Below, piece by piece: positions 29,345 through 38,700 of a stretch of 64,000 bases of DNA (its first letter is position 1; every line of letters begins with the position of its first letter). Position numbers and translations under genes: made by a program. Origin of the DNA: an uncultured Chloroflexia bacterium (GTDB lineage Bacteria; Chloroflexota; Limnocylindria; Limnocylindrales; CSP1-4); NCBI GenBank assembly GCA_963768655.1, contig CAVYIM010000003.1:576001-640000 (forward strand). The letters run 5' to 3'. Below the pieces are notes generated by a model that saw nothing but the letters and a program-made list of their open reading frames with translations, did not search any database and was not told where the DNA came from.

Positions 29345-30482
29345 CGGTGCCGCACTGGAGGCGGCGCTCGATCGACTGGCCGGCTTCAGCCCGGGCGTGG
29401 CCGCCGAGGCGGACCCGACCATGCCGGGCTTCGGGCGGGCGGAGGTTCAGCTCGATGGCCTGGAGCGACTGTGGGGACCGGAGCCGCTGATCGCTAGCAG
29501 GATCGGAAAGGCGCTGGCGGAGGTACTGCCCGGGCCGCCGCTGGCGGGCATCGGCGGGACGCGTTTCGTGGCGGCCGTGGCGGCGCACGAGGCCTCGTCG
29601 CGAGCCACGGGAGTGGCGGCGGGAGTGGCGTCGCCCGGGGTCACGGCGATCGCCGGTGACGTTGTTCGGCTGCACGTGGTGGAATCGGGCGCCGACGCGG
29701 ACTTCCTGGCGCCACTCCCTGCCGCCATGCTGAGCCGCGATCCGGAGGTGCGGGCCCGCCTGGATCGATTCGGGTTGCGGCGGATCGGGCAGATCGCCGA
29801 GCTGCCACTCTCCGCGGTCGTGGCGCGGTTCGGGGCGGAGGGGGAGCGGATCCATGGGCGGGCACGGGGTCTGGAGACGGAGCCGTTCCGGCCGCGCCGC
29901 GTCCCTGAGCGCATGGCGCTGACTCTCCCCATAGAACCGCCCGTTACGGACGTCGAGGCTCTGCGCTTCGTGCTGCACAGGCTGGCGGCGGCGTTCGGGG
30001 ATCAGCTGGCGGCGCGCGGCGCGGCCGCCGGCCGGGCCCGGCTGACCCTCGGGCTGGACGGCACGTTCGTGGCCGGGGAGACGCCGCCGACGCTGGTCAT
30101 CGACCAGCGCCTGCCCGAGCCCACGTTGGAGGGCCTGGCCGTCGAGCGGCTGCTCCTGGCCCGGATCGAGGCATCTCCTCTGCCGGCGCCGGTGGCGAGC
30201 CTGGAGCTGGAGCTGGGCGAAGTGGCGCCGGCGGCCGGCACTCAGCTGACCCTGTTCACGCCGCAGACCGGCAGGACAGGGCGGCTCGGCTGGCAGCTGG
30301 CCCGGCTCGGTCTCCGCTTCGGCGAGCACCGGATCGGCTGGATGGAGATCGGCGACCCGGAGGCGCCGCTGGCCGAGACGCGCTGGACGTGGCGCCGCCC
30401 GATCGGCGCAGGAACGCCCGCCACCGACGTCGTCGCCACCGATGGCGTCGCCCCCGATCGCGATCGCGAGCGCCGCCGATGA
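29109..30482 (+). CDS. imuB: ImuB, inactive Y-family polymerase
   Basis: GVRPGMPLGAA, FSPGV, LERLWG, FGLRRIGQ, clamp-binding motif QLTLF. Confidence 0.88.
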   Translation: MRLLHLYWPHLLIRLARARSSAPFEAEPIVLGGMPWINGPVLDASRSALELGVRPGMPLGAAHRLVPEARFLDPSPEADGAALEAALDRLAGFSPGVAAEADPTMPGFGRAEVQLDGLERLWGPEPLIASRIGKALAEVLPGPPLAGIGGTRFVAAVAAHEASSRATGVAAGVASPGVTAIAGDVVRLHVVESGADADFLAPLPAAMLSRDPEVRARLDRFGLRRIGQIAELPLSAVVARFGAEGERIHGRARGLETEPFRPRRVPERMALTLPIEPPVTDVEALRFVLHRLAAAFGDQLAARGAAAGRARLTLGLDGTFVAGETPPTLVIDQRLPEPTLEGLAVERLLLARIEASPLPAPVASLELELGEVAPAAGTQLTLFTPQTGRTGRLGWQLARLGLRFGEHRIGWMEIGDPEAPLAETRWTWRRPIGAGTPATDVVATDGVAPDRDRERRR

Positions 30483-30727
30483 CCCGACTGCTGCGCGAGC
30501 ACCCCCCGATCGAGGCCGAGCTGGACTCGAGCGGCACGCTCGTCGCTTTCCGCTGGAACGGCCGCCGCGAGGCGGTCGAAATCTGCAATCGCTGGCGCGT
30601 GGAGGAGAGCTGGTGGAGCCAGCCGATCGCCCGCGACTACTTCAAGGTGGCCGGACCTCGCTGGCTGGCACTCATCTACCTGGATCGAGTCGACGGCTCC
30701 TGGCACCTGGAGCGTCTGTACGACTGA
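30479..30727 (+). CDS. small mutasome-associated protein (DUF6504-like)
   Basis: FRWNGRR..V.EI.NRWRV...WW...RDYFKV...W.LERLYD. Confidence 0.8.
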   Translation: MTRLLREHPPIEAELDSSGTLVAFRWNGRREAVEICNRWRVEESWWSQPIARDYFKVAGPRWLALIYLDRVDGSWHLERLYD

Positions 30728-30842
30728 TCCGCGCGAGCGCTCCGGGCCGTCCTCCACGCTGCCAGGCCGGTAACATTGGCCGGGTCCGAGAAGAGAGCGG
30801 CGCGGTGTCGCACGCGACCTCCAGGCGGGCACAGGAGAGGGA

Positions 30843-32345
30843 ATGCAGGAGTTCTGGTTCTGCGAAGCCTGCAGGTCGATGAACCGCGGCGACGCCGACC
30901 GCTGCTACCGCTGCCGGGCTCCCAAAGCCCGCGCCACCATGGCCACGGTCCACGAGCGCCGCATCGAGGACGTCTTGATGCCCGGCGTCGACCGCCTCGA
31001 ACCAGGCGAGGCCCGGGCGCTGCTGGCTCAGAGTCCCTACACAACCGCGTGGCCGATTGGATACGTCTCGGCCGTGTTGCTGGTCGTCCCTGCGGTGTTC
31101 CAGTTCGTGCTTGCGCTGGTTCTGGCCACTCCTCTGCTCTCCCTGATCAGGCCTTCATTCGTTCTCGGTAACGGCTGGTACGTGGCCGTTGCAGGCTTGT
31201 CGCTCGGATTCACCGTCGCCGAGCTGGTCGCGGCCGTGGCTCACAGCGTCTTCCTGGGCTTGACGGACATGAACGTCCCGTCTCTGGGAGGTGGCCAGCC
31301 GAGATTCGAGCCGCTGCGAGCGGGCCTGTGGTGGATCGAGGCCGCCGGGTGGGCCGTCAGGGCCTACCTGACGGTGTGGATTCCTCTGTTCATCGGCCTC
31401 AGGGTCACGGAGGTCCTGGGCGTGTTCGGAATCCTGCTGGCGATGGCGCTGCTGTACATGTCGGGGCGGCTCTTCCGCAACCCGCTATACAGCCTGCGCA
31501 AGCCGGTCCGGCTGCTGGACGATCTGATTCGACGCCTCTCCGTCCGCGCTGATACCGGCGGTTTCGCAAGCACGTGGTCGATCGCGTGGATTGCGGCTCG
31601 ACTCGTAGACGCGCTCGGACCGGTGTTTCTGACGTGTGCCTGGCTGGTCGCCGTCGCAGCGGCCTTCGTGCAGGCGGTCCGTTCCGCCAACGGCGGGGGC
31701 CCGCTCTACGACCTTGGCCAGATCGTCACGGAGGTCTACGCCCTCTCGGTCCTGCTCGTGGTGCTGGAGGTGATCGCGAACGCGCTAGCTCTCTGCCTGC
31801 TGGCACGCCTGACCCTGTCGCTCTCGAGCTCGCAGAGGGTCCGGCGCGACTGGGTGGTCCAGAGCGCGAGCCGGCCGTCCGGCCCGTACCCGGCCGGCCG
31901 TCCCGTCGGGGCCGTGGCTTCCCCAACCTATCCACCCGCAGTCGCCCCAGTCGCCCCAGTCGGCCCAGTCGCCCCCGTCGCCTCTGCCGCCGCGCCTCTC
32001 GCGCCGGACGCGCAGCCTGCTGCATGGGAGCCACCCAGGGACTCGCTTGCGCAGCCGGCGCCGCCGCCGATCGCTCGTCCTCGCTGGATCACCACTCAGG
32101 CCGAACTCGCCGGCGAGAGCGCATCCACGGCGCCCCTGGTCACCGAGACAGCCCCCGCCCCAGAACGCGTGCTCCGTCCCTCGCTGAACGTGCTTCCGCG
32201 CTATGGCGTGCTGCCGCGCTACGGGGTGCCTCAGCGGCCCGATACACCCGCTCCGGCCGAGTCTCCGACCGCGCAGGGGTCCGCCGAGCAGGTTCCGGCC
32301 GAAAGTACGCTCCCCGCCGAGGCCGACTGGCCCGAAGGCATCTAG
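30843..32345 (+). CDS. membrane protein with N-terminal RanBP2-like Zn finger
   Basis: WFCEACRSMN...CYRCRAPK; about 6 TMs; Pro/Ala-rich tail. Confidence 0.75.
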   Translation: MQEFWFCEACRSMNRGDADRCYRCRAPKARATMATVHERRIEDVLMPGVDRLEPGEARALLAQSPYTTAWPIGYVSAVLLVVPAVFQFVLALVLATPLLSLIRPSFVLGNGWYVAVAGLSLGFTVAELVAAVAHSVFLGLTDMNVPSLGGGQPRFEPLRAGLWWIEAAGWAVRAYLTVWIPLFIGLRVTEVLGVFGILLAMALLYMSGRLFRNPLYSLRKPVRLLDDLIRRLSVRADTGGFASTWSIAWIAARLVDALGPVFLTCAWLVAVAAAFVQAVRSANGGGPLYDLGQIVTEVYALSVLLVVLEVIANALALCLLARLTLSLSSSQRVRRDWVVQSASRPSGPYPAGRPVGAVASPTYPPAVAPVAPVGPVAPVASAAAPLAPDAQPAAWEPPRDSLAQPAPPPIARPRWITTQAELAGESASTAPLVTETAPAPERVLRPSLNVLPRYGVLPRYGVPQRPDTPAPAESPTAQGSAEQVPAESTLPAEADWPEGI

Positions 32346-32532
32346 GATCGCCGGCCGCCTGCCGCCCCGTGAGCCCCCGGAGCCCTGGCGTCGCAACCCG
32401 CTCGCCTCGCCGTAGATGCAGCAAGGCCCGCCGCCGAGACGACGGGCCTTGCAGGTCGGGAGACCAGCTCACCAGGCCACCCGACAGGTCGAGCGGTCCG
32501 GCCACCACGCCGGGCCGTCGCCAGAGAATCGG

Positions 32533-32655
32533 TTAGTCCGCAGCCGCTTGCGCGGCGACTGCCAACGGCAGCAGAACAAGGATAAGCAACGCGGCGAGGA
32601 CTACCAGCACCGTTGTTCGGATCGTGGCGATGGCGATTCCGCGGTAGCCGTTCAT
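32533..32655 (-). CDS. 40-aa membrane peptide
   Basis: MNGYRGIAIATIRTTVLVVLAALLILVLLPLAVAAQAAAD; RBS AAAGGG. Confidence 0.6.
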   Translation of the reverse strand: MNGYRGIAIATIRTTVLVVLAALLILVLLPLAVAAQAAAD

Positions 32656-32692
32656 AAGGCCCTTTCGACGAGGCGGCGTCGATGACTGTGGC

Positions 32693-32812
32693 GCGCCGCC
32701 CGCCTGCCGCACCTCTCGCCCGGCGCCGCCTGCCGCGCCGCCCGATGCCGCCTGCCGCGCCGCCCGATGCCGCCTGCCGCACCTCTCGCCCGATGCCGCC
32801 TGCCGCTCGCCG
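32693..32812. repeat. short degenerate tandem repeats
   Basis: CGCCTGCCGC about 5 times, with ACCTCTCGCCCG/CCCGATGC spacers. Confidence 0.6.
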
Positions 32813-32856
32813 CTCGGGCCACTCGGGCCACCGGCTCGGGAGGGCCTTCCTGTATA

Positions 32857-32875
32857 CGAACACATGTTCTATTAT
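32857..32875 (+). promoter_or_regulatory. LexA SOS box abutting the -10 of dnaE2
   Basis: CGAAC-ACAT-GTTC followed by TATTAT; same core as 28054. Confidence 0.88.
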
Positions 32876-32948
32876 CGAGTTCGCGCCGAACCGACCTTCC
32901 AGCCGCCCGATCGACTGCGGCCCGGCGACCGAACCGCCCGAGGCACCG

Positions 32949-35900
32949 GTGGCCTCCTACGCCGAGCTCCACTGCCACACGCACTTCTCGTTCCTCGATG
33001 GCGCCTCTCCGCCGGACGAGCTGGTCGGGCGCGCCGTCGAGCTTGGACTCTCAGGTCTGGCGGTCACGGATCATGGCGGTCTGTACGGCGTGATCCGTTT
33101 CGCAGCCGCGGCCCAGGAGGTGGGGCTGCGGCCGATCGTCGGGGTCGAGATCGAGCTGATGGACGCGGCGGCGTCCGATCCGGCGGGGGTCGTCGTGCCG
33201 CCGCGTCGGCCACGGAGCCACGCTCCGGCGGTGGGCTTGCCACTTCCGGGGGAGTGGCCGTGGGACGACGGCCTGCCGGCCCGACCCCGCCCGGACCGCG
33301 CCCGGCTCCCCGGCCATCGGGATGCGGTCAAGGAGGATCTGCGTGGCGTCGGGGAGGAGCAGCGCGGTCCGCACCTCGTCCTGCTGGCGCGGAACGCGGC
33401 CGGTTATCGCAGCCTCTGCCGCCTGGTGAGCCGGGCGAATCTCGCCGGCACGAAATCGATGCCGCGCTTCAGCCAGGAGCTGCTGGCGGCGCACACCGAC
33501 GGGCTGGTGGCGCTGTCCGGCTGCCGCGAGAGCGAGATCGCCCGGCGGCTGCGGGTCGGGGATCGGGCCGGGGCGCGAGCCGCCACGGAACGGTATGCGC
33601 GGCTCTTCGGCGGGGGATTGGTCGGCCCCCGGACGCGCGGCGTCGCTCCCCGAAGTGCCACTTTCCGTGGCGATAGCCCGGCCACGGCGGGCTTCTTCCT
33701 CGAGCTGCAGCACCACCTCCTCCACGACGACGACTGGCTCGTGGCGGAGACCGCACTCCTCGCCGAAGAGATGGGCCTCCCGGTCGTGGTCACGAACGAC
33801 GTCCACTACGCCTACCCCGAGGGCCGGGAGCTCCAGGACGTCCTGACCGCCATCCGCCACGGTCGAACGCTCGACGAGCTGCGCGATCTCCGGCGCCCGG
33901 ACGGCGAGTCGTTTCTGAAGGGGCCCGGCGAGCTGATGGCACTGCCGCCCGCGGGCGGCGCGGCCGCGGGGAATTCGAACGCGGACGCCCGAACCGCGGC
34001 GGCCTGGGCCGAGGGAATCGGCAACGCGGGTGAGCTGGCCGCCAGCTGCTCAGTCGACCTTGGCTTCGAGCGCTACCGGTTTCCGGGCTTCCCGGTTCCC
34101 AGGAGCCACACGCCGTTTTCGTATCTCGAGGAGCTGTGCCACGAGGGCGCCCGCCGCCGCTATCACCCCATCTCCTCGCCGGTGGTGCGGCAGCTGGCTC
34201 ACGAGCTGGACGTGATCGAGCGGACCGGCCTGGCCGAGTTCTTCCTGATCTGCTGGGACCTGATGAGGTTCGCTCGCTCGCGTGGGATCCCGGCGCAGGG
34301 TCGGGGAAGCGCCGCCGATTCGATCGTGGCCTACGTTCTGGGCATCACCCGCGTCGACCCGATCCGCCACAACCTGCTCTTCGAGCGGTTCATCAACGAA
34401 GGTCGAACCAGCTATCCCGATGTGGACATCGACTTTTCCTCCGAGCGTCGGGAGGAGGTCATCCAGTACGTCTACAGCCGCTACGGGTCCGAGCACACCG
34501 GCATGGTCTGCAACCTGGTCACGTACCGGGCGCGGTCGGCGGTGCGCGAAGTCGGGTATGCGCTCGGGTTCCCGCGGCCGCTGGTCGATCGGGTCGCCAA
34601 GGCGCTCGAAACGTACGACTCGGTCATGGTCCGGCGGGACCTGGAGGCGGAGGGCGGCTTCGGCCAGTTCTTCGCCCAGACGGTCGAGCGCGAGGCTGAG
34701 GCTGAGACGGCGGCGCGGGGCGCGGTGGCGGCGCGGGCGACGGCGGCGCGGGGCGCGGTGGCGGCGGGCGCGGGGGCGGCGCGGGGCGGCACGGCCCGGA
34801 CGCGGGTCGAGACAGCGGCGGCGCGGGATGAGGCGGCTAGGAGTGACGCCGTGCCGGGCAGCTCGGCGGCCGGGACGGCCGAAAGGGCCATCGAGCGCGG
34901 CCTGGTCGACCGAATGGGCCAGCTGAACCACCCGCGCGGCGGCCGAATCGCCTCCCGTGCCCTCGTCTCGGGTGTTGCCGGGGCAACCGCTCGCGACGCG
35001 AGCCCGTTTCTCCCTAACACTCATCGGGTGAGTGCAATAGAGCCGGGCGGCCCCGATAGCGCAGCCGCGGTGGGAGCTGACGATGCGGCTCTCCCTAATA
35101 CTCACCGGGCGAGTGCCAGCAGGCTGCACGACCGCGTATCGGCACCTGGCGATGGTGCGGCGATGGTCAACCGGACCGATCCGCACTCCAAAGGGCAGGT
35201 CGCCGAGCTCCCAACGGGCCGCCCTCTCACTTCCTACTCACTCTATGCGTATAGCGCGGGAGAGCGGGGTGACGCAGGTGGGGCCTGCGTGGCGCGCGGC
35301 CCGGGGCGGGTCGTGGACCTGGGCGGCGGGTCGGCGATCGAGCAGCAACGGCGGTTGGCGCGGCAGCGGCCTGTCGGGTCGGACGACGAAGGGGGACCGG
35401 GCGACTCGCCGGCGAGCGTCGCCTGGCTGGCGGCGGAGAGGGTGGCAAAGGACCCGGCGCGAGCACTCGAAGCGGGCAGGGCCGGGAGGGCGATCAGCGG
35501 GCCCACCGCCGGGCCCGCGGCCGCCCACGTCGCCGCCCACGAGCCCACCTCCAGCGTGGCGCGGGTTCAGCCCCAACCGCAGATGCCATCCGAAATCCGG
35601 CGCGGCCCCACGATCGGCATGCCGGATTGGGAGCGCTGGCTGGCGTTCTGCGCCCGCATCGACGGCTTCCCGCGCCACCTCTCGATCCACAGCGGAGGCA
35701 TGCTCGTGACCGCGGCGCCGCTGATCGACATCGCCCCGCTGGAGCGGGCCACGATGCCGGACCGCGTTGTCGTCCAGTTCGACAAGCGCGACGTCGAGAC
35801 GATCAAGCTGATCAAGCTCGACCTTCTCGGCCTGGGCATGCTGGCCGCGATCGACGAGACGCTCGGGCTGATCGAGCAAGACTGCGCCGCCTGCGTCGAT

Positions 35901-37649
35901 CTCGATCGACTGCCGGAAGACGTGCCCGAGGTCTTCGAAATGCTCCAGGCGGCCGACACGGTGGGCGTCTTCCAGGTCGAGAGCCGGGCCCAGATGCAGA
36001 CGCTGCCAAAGTCGAAGCCGGCCAACCTGGACGACCTGGTGGTGGAGGTCGCGATCATCCGGCCGGGCCCGATCCAGGGCAACGCCGTCCACCCGTACCT
36101 GCGCCGCCGCCAGGGGATCGAGCCGGTCGAGTATCTCCATCCCAGCCTGGAGCCGGTGCTGCGCGAGACGCTCGGCGTGATCCTGTACCAGGAGCAGGTC
36201 ATGCAGATCGCGATCACGGTCGCGGGTTTCAGCGCGGGGGAATTGGACGGGTTCCGGCGGGCGATGGGGACGTGGCGCTCGAGCCGGGAGATGGAGAAAC
36301 TCCACCGGCGTTTCGTGGACGGCTGCCGCGCGGCCAACGGCCTCTCCATCGAGCAGGCCGAGGAACTCTTCCGCCAGGTCGCCGCCTTCGCGAGCTTCGG
36401 CTTCGCCAAGAGCCACGCCGCGGCCTTCGCCCGGACCGCGTACGAGTCGGCCTTCCTCAAGCTCTTCTACCCCGCCCAGTTCACGGTCGGGCTGATCAAC
36501 GCCCAGCCGATGGGCTTCTATCCGGTGGAGGTGCTGATCAACGACGCCAAGCGCCACGGCGTCGCGGTCCTGCCGGTGGACGTCAACGCCTCGAGCTACA
36601 AGACGACGACCGAATGGGTCGGGCGCGACGGCGAGCCACTCCCCGAAGAAGCGGGCATTGCGCGGCGGCCGGCCGTGGTGCGCTCGTCCGGCTGCGTCGT
36701 CCCCTCGGCCGCGTCCCGCGAGCGCTGGACGCCCGACCTGGCGACCGGCTACGGCATACGCCTCGGCCTGGCGCTCGTGAAAGGGATCGGCGACGAGCAC
36801 GCCGGCCGCCTGGACGCCGAGCTGGCCCGCGGGCCCTACCACTCTCTTGCAGACGTCGTGGCCCGAACCGAGCTGCCCGAGGAGGTCATCGAACGGCTGA
36901 TTCGAGCCGGGGCGCTCGACTCGCTTGGCCGGCCCCGGCGCGAGATGCTCTGGCAGCTGCGCGAAGTGATGGGCGCGACGCGCGGTCGGGTGGGCGGCCG
37001 AACGGACGAACAGGGACGAAAGGACGGACGGAGCAGGGCGGACGGACGGAGCAGGGCTTCCGGTGGCAAGAGCCGGCCTGGCGGACGGGTCAGGCGCGCC
37101 GCCGATGTCGGCGGACGCGCGGGCTGGCATCGGGCCGCCGGACGGCCGATGGATCTGCGCCTGCCGCCGACGCCGGCTCCGGAGCTTCCGGCGCTGACGG
37201 AGCGCGAACGCCTGGGCGACTCGTACGCGGTGCTATCGCTCGACGCCCGCCGGCAAGTGGTCTCGCTGTTCCGCCCGGCGCTGGAGCGGCTCGGGGCCGT
37301 GACCAACGCCTCGCTGGCGGATCGGGGCCCCGGCCCGGTCAGGCTCGGCGGCCTGGTGGTCACTCGCCAGCACCCGATGACGGCGCGCGGCACGGTCTTC
37401 CTGGCCCTGGAGGACGAGACGGGCATGGTCAACGTCACTCTCTGGCCGGACGCGTGGGCGCGTCTCCGGGGAGTGGTCCGGCGCCACGCGCTGCTCTACG
37501 TGGAGGGGATGCTCCAGCGCGAGGCGAACGTCGTGAACGTCGTGGCGCGCGAGGTCAGGCCGCTCCCCGTCGTGGCGGAAACAGTAGGCGGTCCGCCACG
37601 GCCCGAGGGCGTGCGGGCTCTCGGCTACAGCGGGATGCGCCGCGGCTGA
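32949..37649 (+). CDS. dnaE2: error-prone DNA polymerase DnaE2
   Basis: YAELHCHTHFSFLDGAS PHP domain, GRGSAA, PDVDIDF, PRHLSIHSGG, KLDLLGLG, FAKSHA, QPMGFY, TARGTVFLALEDETG. Confidence 0.95.
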   Translation: MASYAELHCHTHFSFLDGASPPDELVGRAVELGLSGLAVTDHGGLYGVIRFAAAAQEVGLRPIVGVEIELMDAAASDPAGVVVPPRRPRSHAPAVGLPLPGEWPWDDGLPARPRPDRARLPGHRDAVKEDLRGVGEEQRGPHLVLLARNAAGYRSLCRLVSRANLAGTKSMPRFSQELLAAHTDGLVALSGCRESEIARRLRVGDRAGARAATERYARLFGGGLVGPRTRGVAPRSATFRGDSPATAGFFLELQHHLLHDDDWLVAETALLAEEMGLPVVVTNDVHYAYPEGRELQDVLTAIRHGRTLDELRDLRRPDGESFLKGPGELMALPPAGGAAAGNSNADARTAAAWAEGIGNAGELAASCSVDLGFERYRFPGFPVPRSHTPFSYLEELCHEGARRRYHPISSPVVRQLAHELDVIERTGLAEFFLICWDLMRFARSRGIPAQGRGSAADSIVAYVLGITRVDPIRHNLLFERFINEGRTSYPDVDIDFSSERREEVIQYVYSRYGSEHTGMVCNLVTYRARSAVREVGYALGFPRPLVDRVAKALETYDSVMVRRDLEAEGGFGQFFAQTVEREAEAETAARGAVAARATAARGAVAAGAGAARGGTARTRVETAAARDEAARSDAVPGSSAAGTAERAIERGLVDRMGQLNHPRGGRIASRALVSGVAGATARDASPFLPNTHRVSAIEPGGPDSAAAVGADDAALPNTHRASASRLHDRVSAPGDGAAMVNRTDPHSKGQVAELPTGRPLTSYSLYAYSAGERGDAGGACVARGPGRVVDLGGGSAIEQQRRLARQRPVGSDDEGGPGDSPASVAWLAAERVAKDPARALEAGRAGRAISGPTAGPAAAHVAAHEPTSSVARVQPQPQMPSEIRRGPTIGMPDWERWLAFCARIDGFPRHLSIHSGGMLVTAAPLIDIAPLERATMPDRVVVQFDKRDVETIKLIKLDLLGLGMLAAIDETLGLIEQDCAACVDLDRLPEDVPEVFEMLQAADTVGVFQVESRAQMQTLPKSKPANLDDLVVEVAIIRPGPIQGNAVHPYLRRRQGIEPVEYLHPSLEPVLRETLGVILYQEQVMQIAITVAGFSAGELDGFRRAMGTWRSSREMEKLHRRFVDGCRAANGLSIEQAEELFRQVAAFASFGFAKSHAAAFARTAYESAFLKLFYPAQFTVGLINAQPMGFYPVEVLINDAKRHGVAVLPVDVNASSYKTTTEWVGRDGEPLPEEAGIARRPAVVRSSGCVVPSAASRERWTPDLATGYGIRLGLALVKGIGDEHAGRLDAELARGPYHSLADVVARTELPEEVIERLIRAGALDSLGRPRREMLWQLREVMGATRGRVGGRTDEQGRKDGRSRADGRSRASGGKSRPGGRVRRAADVGGRAGWHRAAGRPMDLRLPPTPAPELPALTERERLGDSYAVLSLDARRQVVSLFRPALERLGAVTNASLADRGPGPVRLGGLVVTRQHPMTARGTVFLALEDETGMVNVTLWPDAWARLRGVVRRHALLYVEGMLQREANVVNVVAREVRPLPVVAETVGGPPRPEGVRALGYSGMRRG

Positions 37650-37656
37650 CCCGACG

Positions 37657-38370
37657 TCAGCGTCGCGCCGCAGGCCGCCGCTGAGCCGGCTTCTTCGCCG
37701 CAGGACGCTGCGTTCGGGCCGGAGCGGGGCTGGCCAGGGAGAGGAAGCGCTTGTACCAGCCGGATGCCGCGCCTAGGAGCGCGCCGAACGTGATCGCCGT
37801 CAAGGCCAGGTCGAGCGAAAAGGGGATGACCGCGAGCGTGCCTTCCGGAACGTTGGCCACATGGCCGCCCAAAGCCCAGAAGATCAGCACGTCGAGACAG
37901 AAGCTCGAGATCAACGAGCTGATGATGCCGGCCAGCCACGTGGCCCGCGGTGCCAGGAATCCCGCGAGCATCGGCTGGATGAGTGGCGGTGTGGCTATGA
38001 GCAGATCGCGGACGGTCGAGAACCCGCCGCTATTCCAGTCGTTCTGGGTAAGCCCGAACGCCAGCGAAGCGAAACTGAGGAGCGCAGTCGGCCATATGGC
38101 GTTGGTCTTCATGATCAGCGTCGGCGCGTAGCGCAGGTCGTCGATGTAGTGGACCGGGCGAGTGGCCAGCTTGAATGCGGAGAAGATCCCGACCTTCTGG
38201 CCTGGCCTGACGACCTGGTCCGGCGTCGGTCGGTCCGCCCTGGCTGCCGGCTGCGGTCGAGGCGCGACCTCCTCCTCGGGCGGTGTGCCCTCGGCCTCGG
38301 CCTGCGCCTGCAGGTACGCACGATAGCGGCGGCGCGCCTCCGCGCGTTCGGTGCTCTTGGCGCGAGCCAC
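37657..38370 (-). CDS. conserved-looking membrane protein
   Basis: RAEARRRYR N-terminus, 4 TMs, basic tail. Confidence 0.75.
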   Translation of the reverse strand: MARAKSTERAEARRRYRAYLQAQAEAEGTPPEEEVAPRPQPAARADRPTPDQVVRPGQKVGIFSAFKLATRPVHYIDDLRYAPTLIMKTNAIWPTALLSFASLAFGLTQNDWNSGGFSTVRDLLIATPPLIQPMLAGFLAPRATWLAGIISSLISSFCLDVLIFWALGGHVANVPEGTLAVIPFSLDLALTAITFGALLGAASGWYKRFLSLASPAPARTQRPAAKKPAQRRPAARR

Positions 38371-38700
38371 GATCTCTCCTCGGGTCGAATCGGATGGATA
38401 GGTCGGGCGCCGGCCGGGACGACGACGGCGCGGTCGGAATGGTAGTCCATGGCGCCCTCGGTCACAGGCCGAAAGATGGACGGCGCGTGGAAGAGCCGCG
38501 GCGAGGTCGCGGCGAGAGGGCGACGGCGAGGTCGCGGCGACGAGGGCGACGGCGCCAGGCGGCGCCCGGCGGCGGTCCGCCCGGCGACGTCCAGCGGCGG
38601 TCCGCCCAGGTCCAGATAAGCCGGGGTAAAGCGCCGGATAAGCCGCCGCGCGTACAACATGCGCGCCTTCCCCGCCCGCAAGCCGTCCTGAGGTGTTCCG

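Noticed and set aside
32682-32948. N-terminal extension of DnaE2 given by the ORF track
   Set aside because: It spans the SOS box and -10; the PHP motif starts at the GTG at 32949.
34680-35625. Intein in DnaE2
   Set aside because: No splice-junction residues and no LAGLIDADG or HINT blocks.
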